DNA of 64,000 nt, taken from Myxococcota bacterium (lineage in GTDB: Bacteria; Myxococcota_A; UBA796; CAJQPC01). Below are positions 52,403-60,531 of the stretch, in pieces. The DNA is taken from the NCBI GenBank assembly GCA_036229005.1, contig JAZAMN010000014.1, forward strand, positions 27,179 through 91,178, read 5' to 3'. The notes beneath the pieces were generated by a model. The model ran no database searches. It saw only the letters and a list, made by a program, of their open reading frames with translations, and was not told the origin of the DNA. Made by a program: the position numbers and the translations under genes. Position 1 is the stretch's first letter, and each line of letters opens with the position of its first letter.

Positions 52403-55153
52403 TCAAGGCAATGTGAGGGCCCCCAGATCCCAGCGCCGAAGCTGCTTGTCCCAGCTCGCTGTGTAGAGCGTGTCCTCGCTGGTGACCAGATCGGCGATGC
52501 GTCCGGTGTGCAGGTGTGCCCGAGCGGTGAGCCCGGCGTTGAGGTCAAACACCAGCAGCTCCCCCTCGATCGTCCCCACGTAGACGTGCTTGTCGTCGAC
52601 CTCGAGGGCGGTGGGGAGGGTGTCCAGCTCAAGGGTCAGGGGCGCGCTGTCCTGCCCGCGCCAGATGTACAAGGTCAGGCGGTCGGTGGCGGCCAAGGTC
52701 TGCCCGGTGGCGGAGATGGCGCCCAGGCCGGAGCCCTCCGGCAGGAGCACGCGCTGGGGGCCGTCCTCCCAAGGGGCCTGGGTGTCCCAGAGCGAGAAGA
52801 AGGGGCCGTCCCCGATCAGCGCCAGCCAGCGGCCGTCCGCGCTGCTGTGGGGGTGTCCGAGCAGCCAGCCCAGGGGCTGTACGCCGTCGCGAGTGTGCAG
52901 AGCGGCGCCGCCGTAGCTGGCGATGAGCTCCCGGCCGTCGGGGAGCACCATGAAGTCCCGGCCGCCGCGCCCGTCGAGCTCGGTCGCCACGCCGTCCTGA
53001 ACGCGCCAGCGCCCGTGCATGGAGGTCATGGCGACGAGCCCTTCCCCGGAGCGCTCCTGTCGCACCCGCTTGACCACGCCCTGGACCACAAAGGTCTGCT
53101 CCAGGCCCTCGCGGCGCCAGACCCCCACGTGCCCATCTCCGGTCCCGAACACAGGCTGCCCCTGCTGATCCAGCTCCACGCTGGAGAGGCCTCCGCTGGC
53201 CACCACAAAGGGCGGCTGCTCGGGGATCTGCCAGGTGTCCAGGCGCTCACCGACGGTCAGCAGCACGCCGGGCGAGGTGAAGGCGCCCTCGCGGCCCTCG
53301 GCGCTCATCAAGGGGGCCAGATCGCTGACACGCAGCACCCGCAGAGGCCCGTTGAAGCACTGGACCAATACGTATCGCTCATCTTGTGACAGGCGCAGGC
53401 TGCGCACGGGTGCGGCCTCCAGGAGCTCGTGCTCGGCCAGGACCTCGCCGCTCTGGCTCAGGCGCAGGATCTGCGCGTCCAGGGTGCCGACCAGCAGCTC
53501 TCCGCTCTCCAGGACGACCACATCGGCGGGTCGGAGCTCAGGCAGGGACAGGCGGCTGTGGACCTGGGTGCCCTGGCCAAAGACCAGCTCCCCGCGCTCA
53601 CAGGCGGCGACCCAGCCCGCCCCAAGGCGCGTCACCCCGAGCACGCCCATCCCGGCGCTGCAGCTCACCTGGTGGCGCCTGAGGTCCGGAGCCAAGAGGA
53701 AGAGGAAGCTGCTCTGCGCGGCCGCGACCAGCATGCCGTCGGGGGGCGGGTGCAGGGCCTCGCCCGGGAAGGGGGAGGGGAGGTCGAGGGGCTGGAGGGT
53801 GCCCTCGGACTCCATCCACAACGCCCCGCCATCGTTGATGACCAGCGCACCCTGGGCTCCCCACCCCGCCGAGGTCACCCTTCCGTCAAAGCGGGTGAGC
53901 ACCTGACCATCCGGGGTGCGCCGCTCCAGCCCCTGGCTGTCGAAGCAGAGGATCTCGGTGCCCTCGGGGTTCACACGCACCTTCTCGCAGGCCAGGGGGC
54001 TGGAGCTCAGGCGCTGGGGCTGGCTGGCGCCCAGGGCCATGGCCACGCCGACCAGGCGGGGATCGGTGCCCAGCTCGGCGGCGGCCTCCAGCTCGGCGGC
54101 GGCGGCCTGCAGGCGGTGCTCGCGCAGGGCGGCCTCGGCGGCGCGTCCCATGGAGCTCAGGGCCAGGGCGCGGCTGGAGGCCTCGGCGTCCTCGGCCCGG
54201 TAGAACTCGGAGAGTCCCCAGCCCGTGGCCAGCGCCACGAGCACCAGAGCCACCACGCCGACACTGCCGGCGCTGAGCAGCAGGGTGCGGTGCCCGCGGA
54301 TCCAGACCCGCAGGGCCTCGCCGGCGGTGTAGGTGTGGGCGTGCACCCGCTCGCCGGCCAGCCAGCGCTCCAGCTCCCGGGCCAGGACGCGGGCGCTGGG
54401 GTAGCGCTCGGCGGGCGCTTTGGCCGCGGCCTTCGCGGCGATGGCCCGGAGCTCCGGGAGCGCCAGCTCCCCGCAGATGTGCTTGAGGATGACCCCCAGG
54501 GCGTACAGATCCGAGCGCGCATCCACCGGCTGTCCGGCGGCCTGCTCCGGGGAGGCGAAGCCCACCGTGCCCTCAAAGGGCTGCTCGCGCAGCGCGGCCT
54601 GCTCGTCCAGGGTGGTCGCCAGGCCCCAGTCCACGATCAGGCTCTCGCCGTCGGGGCCCAGCATCAGGTTGTCGGGCTTGAGGTCGCGGTGGATCACGCC
54701 CTGATCGTGGGCGTAGGCCAGGGCCTGCGTGATGGAGAGCAGGCGCGGGATCAGCGCGATGCGCCCGGGCCTATCCTTGGGGTCCAGGTCGGCCAGAACC
54801 TGCGACAGGCTGCGACCGCGCACGAGGCGCATCGTGTACCAGAGGCTGCCGTCGGGATCCTCGCCCAGGTTGTGCACCGGGACGATCCCGGGGTGTCGCA
54901 GGCGGGCGGTCAAGCGGGCCTCGCGCAGCAGGCGGGCCCGCTGGGTGGGGTCGGTCAGGGTTTTGCGGGCGACCTGGCGCTGCAGCAGCGTGTCCTCGAC
55001 GGCTTCCACCCGTCCCATGCCGCCTTGACCCACCAAGAGGCCGGAGCGGTATCGGCCCCCAGGTGTGGGCAGCTCCGGCGCCTCCTCCTCCCCTGCAGCA
55101 GAGCTCGAGCGGGCCGCCTGCGAGGGCCCGGCCTGATCCCAGGGGTCCGACAT
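52403..55153 (-). CDS. Ser/Thr protein kinase with TM segment and large C-terminal beta-propeller-like domain
   Basis: 916 aa. Motifs: GQGGMGRV, HRDLKPDNL, DWG (in place of DFG), FASPE. TM helix LLLSAGSVGVVALVLVALATGWG. Repetitive strand-rich C-terminus. Confidence 0.85.
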   Translation of the reverse strand: MSDPWDQAGPSQAARSSSAAGEEEAPELPTPGGRYRSGLLVGQGGMGRVEAVEDTLLQRQVARKTLTDPTQRARLLREARLTARLRHPGIVPVHNLGEDPDGSLWYTMRLVRGRSLSQVLADLDPKDRPGRIALIPRLLSITQALAYAHDQGVIHRDLKPDNLMLGPDGESLIVDWGLATTLDEQAALREQPFEGTVGFASPEQAAGQPVDARSDLYALGVILKHICGELALPELRAIAAKAAAKAPAERYPSARVLARELERWLAGERVHAHTYTAGEALRVWIRGHRTLLLSAGSVGVVALVLVALATGWGLSEFYRAEDAEASSRALALSSMGRAAEAALREHRLQAAAAELEAAAELGTDPRLVGVAMALGASQPQRLSSSPLACEKVRVNPEGTEILCFDSQGLERRTPDGQVLTRFDGRVTSAGWGAQGALVINDGGALWMESEGTLQPLDLPSPFPGEALHPPPDGMLVAAAQSSFLFLLAPDLRRHQVSCSAGMGVLGVTRLGAGWVAACERGELVFGQGTQVHSRLSLPELRPADVVVLESGELLVGTLDAQILRLSQSGEVLAEHELLEAAPVRSLRLSQDERYVLVQCFNGPLRVLRVSDLAPLMSAEGREGAFTSPGVLLTVGERLDTWQIPEQPPFVVASGGLSSVELDQQGQPVFGTGDGHVGVWRREGLEQTFVVQGVVKRVRQERSGEGLVAMTSMHGRWRVQDGVATELDGRGGRDFMVLPDGRELIASYGGAALHTRDGVQPLGWLLGHPHSSADGRWLALIGDGPFFSLWDTQAPWEDGPQRVLLPEGSGLGAISATGQTLAATDRLTLYIWRGQDSAPLTLELDTLPTALEVDDKHVYVGTIEGELLVFDLNAGLTARAHLHTGRIADLVTSEDTLYTASWDKQLRRWDLGALTLP

Positions 55154-56052
55154 CAGTCCTGGGCCACGGTGTCGGCGGGGTGCAGGAAGAGCTCGATCAT
55201 GCCGTTGCCCATCGGGCGCACCAGGTCGGCGCGGATGCCGCCCTCACGCAGGGTGCCCCGCAGCCGCAGCAGGGCTCCGTCCAGGCGCTTGCGCAGGCGG
55301 GTGGGGGAGACGCGCTGGCCCCAGACGCCCTCGGCGAGCATGGTCCAGGAGACGGGGACGCCGAACTCGGCGAGCTCGGAGATGAGCTGCGCGGCGACGC
55401 CGTTGATGACGACCGGATCCCCCACAGCGGGGAAGACGTGCACGGAGTCGTAGCGACACACCAGGCGCAGGCCCTCGCTCAGGCCGTCGTGGCGCTGGGT
55501 GGGGTGGGTGCCGTGCACGGGCCGGGCGCTGAGGGTGAAGCGCTGGCCGCTCAGGCTGAAGCTGTCGCCGGGTTGGAGGCTGCGGGTCTGGTCGCCGTGG
55601 GAGAGGCGCCAGTGGCCTCCGGAGGGCCAGAGCAGGGCGTCTGCGCCGCGGGCGGTGGCGTGGTCCAGGCGGGGCGGGGGGCCCAGGTGCAGGGAGACGG
55701 CGCCGGGGAGCACGGTGGACGACAGCCCAGGGCCCTCCAGGCAGATGACGGACTCGGGCAGGAGCAGGTCGACGACCTGCAGGGAGAGGCTGCGGGAGAC
55801 GCCGATGCGCGCGCCGATCTGGAGGGTGACGGTGTCCACCAGCTTGCCGCCGTGCTCCAGGCGACCGCGCAGGGCCAGGAGCTTGAGCTGGTCACCGCGC
55901 AGGCTGAGCAGGGCGTGGGCCTCGGACACGCAGGGGTCGTCCAGGCGGAGCGCGGCGGAGGCGGCCCGGCCGATGAGCTGCCCTGGGGTCAACCAGACCG
56001 CGGGTCCGTCGGGCGGCTTGAGGGCGGCGGCGACCAGGGCGGGGGGCGTCAT
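55153..56052 (-). CDS. FHA-like domain protein with C-terminal winged-helix domain
   Basis: 299 aa. LIGRAASAALRLDDPCVSEAHALL keeps the GR and S..H FHA positions, but the NG turn is not evident. The C-terminus reads SWTMLAEGVWG...RLRKRLDGALLRLRGTLREGG...GNGMIELF. Its stop overlaps the kinase ATG (TGATG). Confidence 0.6.
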   Translation of the reverse strand: MTPPALVAAALKPPDGPAVWLTPGQLIGRAASAALRLDDPCVSEAHALLSLRGDQLKLLALRGRLEHGGKLVDTVTLQIGARIGVSRSLSLQVVDLLLPESVICLEGPGLSSTVLPGAVSLHLGPPPRLDHATARGADALLWPSGGHWRLSHGDQTRSLQPGDSFSLSGQRFTLSARPVHGTHPTQRHDGLSEGLRLVCRYDSVHVFPAVGDPVVINGVAAQLISELAEFGVPVSWTMLAEGVWGQRVSPTRLRKRLDGALLRLRGTLREGGIRADLVRPMGNGMIELFLHPADTVAQD

Positions 56053-56166
56053 GGGGGCAGGCTATCGCAGGGCCGAGGGGGCGAACAGGGGAGCGGGCGG
56101 GGAAGTGGCGGGGATCTCACCGGCCGGGGGCTCGGATAGCGCTGCTGCACTGGCGTTGGAGGCCTC

Positions 56167-57846
56167 ATGATGACCCGCAGCACTGCCCTCAGGCTCGCTT
56201 GGACCACCCCCCTCTGGCTGCTCGCCCTGGCCTGCACGGGCGTGGCCACGGACTCCGGATCGGACAGCTACGGCCCCGAGCCGACGGGCAACATGTGTGA
56301 CCCCGACACCCCGGAGGCCACCTGCGGCGACGAGCAGAGCTGCGAGCTGTGGGAGGGCAACGGCGCCTACTACTGCATGTGCCCTGAGGGCACCGAGCAG
56401 GTCGGCCGCGAGTGCTACGGGGAGGGCGAGGACAACCTCAAGCCCACGTGCAGCACCCTGGAGGAGGACGCCTGTGACGATGAGGGCTTCTGCTACGACC
56501 TGACGCAGGAGGCCTGCGACTACATGACCGACCGGGACATCCCCACCCCCTCGGAGTGCGATGTCATCGAGCCCTCCGGCGAGAACGACACCATCGGGAT
56601 CTGTGTCAGCTCCACCCAGGACCCGTCCGCGAACCCCTACGCCCCGGACGCCGGCTACTGCGAGTTCACCCAGCAGTGGTCCAACCCCACGCACCTGCCC
56701 GTGGACTGCCGCTGTGGCCAGCCCTTCGAGGTCAGCGAGTGCAAGCGCCCCTACGGCCTGGACGCCAGCATCTCCTTTGGTGACGGCCCGCGCTGGCGCT
56801 CCATCTCGACCTTCGAGCTCTTCGGCGCCGACCTGGACGGCCGCGAGATGATCGTGGCCGGGAGCTGGGAGTCCTCCACCCTGGACGACCAGGGCGTGGT
56901 CTTCGCCGTGGACCTGGACACCGGGGACCGCCGCGTCGTCTCCGGCAGCTTCCAGGACCCCTCTCTGGGCACCTACACCGAGGGCAGCGGCCCCGACTTC
57001 GTCAACGCGTACAACGTGCGGCTGGGCGCGGACGGGGACTACTACGTGGTCGGCGCCACCGGACAGGCCGGCGCTCCCTACATCTGGCGCGTGGACCCCG
57101 ACAGCGGCGACCGCGAGCTCATCTGGCAGGGCCGCAGCGACGGCGCGTTCGCCCCCTGTGCCAACGGCGTCCCCGAGTCCGAGGTCGGCACCAAGGAGAT
57201 CAACTACGACCCCATGTCCTGGACCATGGACGACGCCGGCTACCACTACTTTGGTGTGCTCGCTGGCGCCCCCGGTCCTGGCGTCGTGCGCGTGTCCCCC
57301 GACGGCGAGAGCTGCGACTACCTCACCCGCATCGTCCAGGACCCCGACAGCACCTTCGACGACGTCGGCGACGGCTACAGCGACATCCAGTTCTACTTCT
57401 CCGCCCTGGAGATCGTGGACGACACCATGTACGCGCTGTCGGACCGGCAGGTCTACACCATCGAGATGGACACCGGCCGCCGCCGGCTCTTCTCCGACGC
57501 CGAGTCGGGCACCGTGGGCTCCGGCACCAGCTCCCTGGGCAAGACCTGGCTCACCTGGGACCCCCACCACGACGTCCTCTGGTCCTACGGCAACCCCAGC
57601 AGCGACAACATCCTGGTGGCCATCGACCCCGACACCGGCGACCGCACCAACGCCCCCTGCTGGCACCCCTACCAGGGCATGCTCGAGGGCTGCGCCGGCA
57701 ACTCCGTGGGCATCGGCGGCGTCATGAGCATGGGCGGCATGGTCGTGGATCCCCAGGCCCCCCACGACCTCTTCAACGCCTTCGACGACCTGAGCGTCAT
57801 CCAGACCGACCAGGCCACGCTGAACATCAACATCCACTCGCTGTGA
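56167..57846 (+). CDS. Cys-rich lipoprotein with C-terminal beta-propeller-like domain
   Basis: 559 aa. Lipobox LWLLALAC. Cys-rich EGF-like N-terminus, then repeated DP/DG strand units. Confidence 0.6.
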   Translation: MMTRSTALRLAWTTPLWLLALACTGVATDSGSDSYGPEPTGNMCDPDTPEATCGDEQSCELWEGNGAYYCMCPEGTEQVGRECYGEGEDNLKPTCSTLEEDACDDEGFCYDLTQEACDYMTDRDIPTPSECDVIEPSGENDTIGICVSSTQDPSANPYAPDAGYCEFTQQWSNPTHLPVDCRCGQPFEVSECKRPYGLDASISFGDGPRWRSISTFELFGADLDGREMIVAGSWESSTLDDQGVVFAVDLDTGDRRVVSGSFQDPSLGTYTEGSGPDFVNAYNVRLGADGDYYVVGATGQAGAPYIWRVDPDSGDRELIWQGRSDGAFAPCANGVPESEVGTKEINYDPMSWTMDDAGYHYFGVLAGAPGPGVVRVSPDGESCDYLTRIVQDPDSTFDDVGDGYSDIQFYFSALEIVDDTMYALSDRQVYTIEMDTGRRRLFSDAESGTVGSGTSSLGKTWLTWDPHHDVLWSYGNPSSDNILVAIDPDTGDRTNAPCWHPYQGMLEGCAGNSVGIGGVMSMGGMVVDPQAPHDLFNAFDDLSVIQTDQATLNINIHSL

Positions 57847-57915
57847 TGCTGCGAGGGCCGCTGCGCGGTTGACCGGGGGCGGGGGCGTGGGCAGAGTTCC
57901 GGCTCGGAGTCTGTC

Positions 57916-58428
57916 ATGCCCCTTGTGTCCCTCGGTCCGCAGCACCGCGAAGCCCTCCAGCAGCTCCTCGCCGCCTTCCAGAGCGCCGGGGAGTCCAGCA
58001 TCCCCGGGTACTTCGCGGGGTGGGACTGGGAGCACGCACAGACCGTCACCGCTCTCTCCGACTGGTCCCAGGGCTGGGGGCTCCAGCCGGGTTGGGTGCC
58101 CTGCACCACAGTCTTTCTGGAGGAGGAGGGGACCTTGGTCGGTCTGTACAACTTCCGCCACCACCTGACCCCCCAGCTCCGTCGCTACGGCGGTCACGTG
58201 GGCTACAGCGTGCGGCCGGACCACCGCGGCCGGGGCCACGCGACCACCTTGCTCACCGGGGCCATGGATCTCGCCCGCCAGCGAGGACACACTGCCCTTG
58301 TCCTGAGCTGCGCCCCCGACAACCTGGCCTCCGCCCGGGTCATACAGAAGTGCGGTGGCGTCCTGCAGGAGCGCTTCTTCCACCAGGACCACCAGCGCGA
58401 GGTGCTTCTGTGGGAGGTGCCGCTGTGA
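57916..58428 (+). CDS. GNAT-family N-acetyltransferase
   Basis: 170 aa with the acetyl-CoA loop VRPDHRGRGHATTLLTGAMDLARQRG. Confidence 0.75.
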   Translation: MPLVSLGPQHREALQQLLAAFQSAGESSIPGYFAGWDWEHAQTVTALSDWSQGWGLQPGWVPCTTVFLEEEGTLVGLYNFRHHLTPQLRRYGGHVGYSVRPDHRGRGHATTLLTGAMDLARQRGHTALVLSCAPDNLASARVIQKCGGVLQERFFHQDHQREVLLWEVPL

Positions 58429-58943
58429 CGCGCATCTTGCTCGAGCGCGGGGACATCACCCGCTGCGCTGTGGATGCCATCGTCAACGCCGCGAACTCCG
58501 GGATGCTCGGCGGGGGCGGGGTCGACGGCGCCATCCACCGCGCCGCCGGCCCGGAGCTGCTGGAGGCCTGTCGCAGATTCCCCAAACAACAGGGCACGCG
58601 CTGTCCCCCCGGGCAGGCCCGCATCACGCCCGGCTTCCGCCTCCCCGCCGCCTGGGTCATCCACACCGTCGGCCCCATCTACCGCCAGGACCCCGACCCC
58701 GCACAGACTCTGCGACAGGCCCACCTGAGCAGCCTCGCGCTGGCCACCGACAAGGGCCTCCGCAGCGTCGCATTTCCAGCCATCTCCTGCGGCGTCTACG
58801 GCTACCCCCTGAACGAGGCCGCCCCCATCGCCATCGCTGCGGCGCGAGAGGGCGGGCAGGCGCTGGAGGAGGTGCGCTTTGTGTTGTTTGATGGGGAGGC
58901 GCTGGGGGTGTGGGAGGAGGCGCTGGCCGAGGATCCGGTTTGA
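58425..58943 (+). CDS. macro domain protein (O-acetyl-ADP-ribose deacetylase-like)
   Basis: GTG at 58425 overlaps the GNAT stop (GTGA). GDITRCAVDAIVNAANSGMLGGGGVDGAIHRAAG...VIHTVGP...SVAFPAISCGVYGYP. Confidence 0.85.
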   Translation: MTRILLERGDITRCAVDAIVNAANSGMLGGGGVDGAIHRAAGPELLEACRRFPKQQGTRCPPGQARITPGFRLPAAWVIHTVGPIYRQDPDPAQTLRQAHLSSLALATDKGLRSVAFPAISCGVYGYPLNEAAPIAIAAAREGGQALEEVRFVLFDGEALGVWEEALAEDPV

Positions 58944-59004
58944 ATACCTGGTGGCTTTCGTCGTCTGGGCTGCGCTGAACACCCGGAAGTAGAGTGGGGG
59001 AGTC

Positions 59005-60042
59005 GTGATTGAGCGGTACTTGGCGGCGAGCGAGCATAAACCGGCAACCAAGAAGGCCTACAGGCGTCACCTGACTGGATTCATGGACCGCCTGGAGCCG
59101 GATGTGTCCTGGCAGGATTGCGGGTCTGAGGACGTCGTGATCTGGCTGCAGGAGTGTGTGAGGTCGGGGCTCGCGCCCCAGTCGGTGAATCAGACTCTGT
59201 CCGCAGTTCGGAGCTTCTATAAATGGGCGGTGACGGAAGGCCTGGTGGACAGCAACCCTGCCAGCGCCGTGAGGCAACTGTCGGTGTCCAACCCTCCCAA
59301 GACACCTCCGACCTGGGCGCAGATCCTCAAGGTGCTGTCCAAGGAGCCCCGAGACCGTGAACGTCGTCTGATCTGTCTGGCGAGCATGGGGCTGCAGGTA
59401 GAAGAGGTCCTGAAGCTCTCGCCGGTGGATCTGCGCATGGATGAGGGGTTTGTGCTTGCTGGGGAGGGGGCAAGGCGGAGAAGGGTCGAGATTCCTGTGG
59501 ACCTGAAGCGATTTCTTACAGAGCCAGCGGGCGAGCACGTGCTCCAGAACAAGGACGGGGGAGCACTCAGCACTCGAAGCATGAGCAACGGGGTCAGGCG
59601 TGCCTTCAAGGACACCCTGGGGCTTGAGAGTGTTGGTCTCAAGGAACTGCGCGTCGCTGCAGCCCGTCGCTGCATCGAGCTTGGAGGGGAGAAGTGGGCC
59701 GCTGGGCAGCTTGGGTGCAAGAACAAGCAGGTGCTCAGACGTCTCGCTGGCCGACAGAGGGCGGGTCGGGAGCACTGCAGTCACTGTGACGGGCGGGACG
59801 CCTACTGCGCGGAGTGCCTGGGGACCGGGACTGTTCTGACCGACATTGGGGAGCGCTACTCAGGGCCCGACGGGTGGTGGACCATGAGGAAGCGGCTGAG
59901 GGCCCTGACCACCGAGCTGCTCACCTATTCCAAGGGAATGCGCTCCCAAGGCTTGGTCAGCGAGAGCGAGCTCAAGCAGATGGTCGATGCCGCTGCGTGC
60001 TTTGCATCGGTCGCGAATGATGAGGAGCGCTGGGGTTCCTGA
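59005..60042 (+). CDS. tyrosine-recombinase-like protein with degenerate catalytic residues and a C-terminal Cys4 (CxxCxGxG-like) extension
   Basis: 345 aa. The N-terminus is a SAM-like core-binding domain (QSVNQTLSAVRSFYKWAVTEGLVDSNPA). Catalytic-domain positions are altered (see finding). HCSHCDGRDAYCAECLGTGTV follows. Many A/T-ending and AGG/AGA codons. Confidence 0.6.
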   Translation: MIERYLAASEHKPATKKAYRRHLTGFMDRLEPDVSWQDCGSEDVVIWLQECVRSGLAPQSVNQTLSAVRSFYKWAVTEGLVDSNPASAVRQLSVSNPPKTPPTWAQILKVLSKEPRDRERRLICLASMGLQVEEVLKLSPVDLRMDEGFVLAGEGARRRRVEIPVDLKRFLTEPAGEHVLQNKDGGALSTRSMSNGVRRAFKDTLGLESVGLKELRVAAARRCIELGGEKWAAGQLGCKNKQVLRRLAGRQRAGREHCSHCDGRDAYCAECLGTGTVLTDIGERYSGPDGWWTMRKRLRALTTELLTYSKGMRSQGLVSESELKQMVDAAACFASVANDEERWGS

Positions 60043-60097
60043 CCCTGTCAGCTCACCGACACCCCCTGTCAACCCTCCGACACCCCTGACACCCCCG
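60043..60097. repeat. 21-bp tandem direct repeat (2.5 copies) immediately after the integrase-like stop
   Basis: CCCTGTCAGCTCACCGACACC (60043-60063) versus CCCTGTCAACCCTCCGACACC (60064-60084) are 18/21 identical. A partial CCTGACACCCCC follows. Confidence 0.6.
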
Positions 60098-60228
60098 TCG
60101 ACCGACGAGGTCGATGGGGTGCGGATCTCCGATCTGGCACGAGGGTTGCTCCACCTCAGCCTGTCCTCGCTGGCGGTGCAGTGGTGCGCTGGTGGGTGGG
60201 GGCGTGATCCCCAAGCGGTGGAGTTCCC

Positions 60229-60516
60229 GTGTCGCAGCGCATCGACAGCCCCTCGTCCCCCGAGACCCTCCAGAGCGACGAGGCCGCCCAGTCCCTTGAG
60301 AAGGAGCCCCAGGCGCCGCCCCCGCCGGAGGTCCCGGGCTGCTACACCCGCGACATCGAGCTGCCCGAGGAGAAGAGGGGCCCGCCGGTGCAGAACCCGG
60401 AGGTGCCGGGGGCCTATACGCGCTCGCCGGAGCGACGAAAGTCCAAGGTGAGCGGGCGACATGGGCTTGAGGGGCCGCCGCCGGGCTGTGGGCTGTCGGG
60501 CGGGAGTTGGTGGTAG
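60229..60516 (+). CDS. small Pro/Glu-rich hypothetical protein with internal PEVPG.YTR duplication
   Basis: 95 aa. GTG start 5 nt after GGTGGAG. Good GC3 in frame. No recognisable family. Confidence 0.3.
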   Translation: MSQRIDSPSSPETLQSDEAAQSLEKEPQAPPPPEVPGCYTRDIELPEEKRGPPVQNPEVPGAYTRSPERRKSKVSGRHGLEGPPPGCGLSGGSWW

Positions 60517-60531
60517 GGCGCGCGGGGTAGG

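Noticed and set aside
58944-59004. tRNA or attachment site adjacent to the integrase-like gene.
   Set aside because: The 61-nt gap and nearby sequence show no cloverleaf-compatible arms. No flanking direct repeats could be identified by eye. Island borders therefore remain undefined.
59987-60451. 154-aa ORF with a Pro/Thr-rich start (PVSSPTPPVNPPTPLTPP) overlapping the 21-bp repeats.
   Set aside because: The remainder is Arg/Pro/Ser junk, it overlaps the end of the integrase-like gene, and it has no start context. The apparent peptide repeat simply mirrors the DNA tandem repeat.
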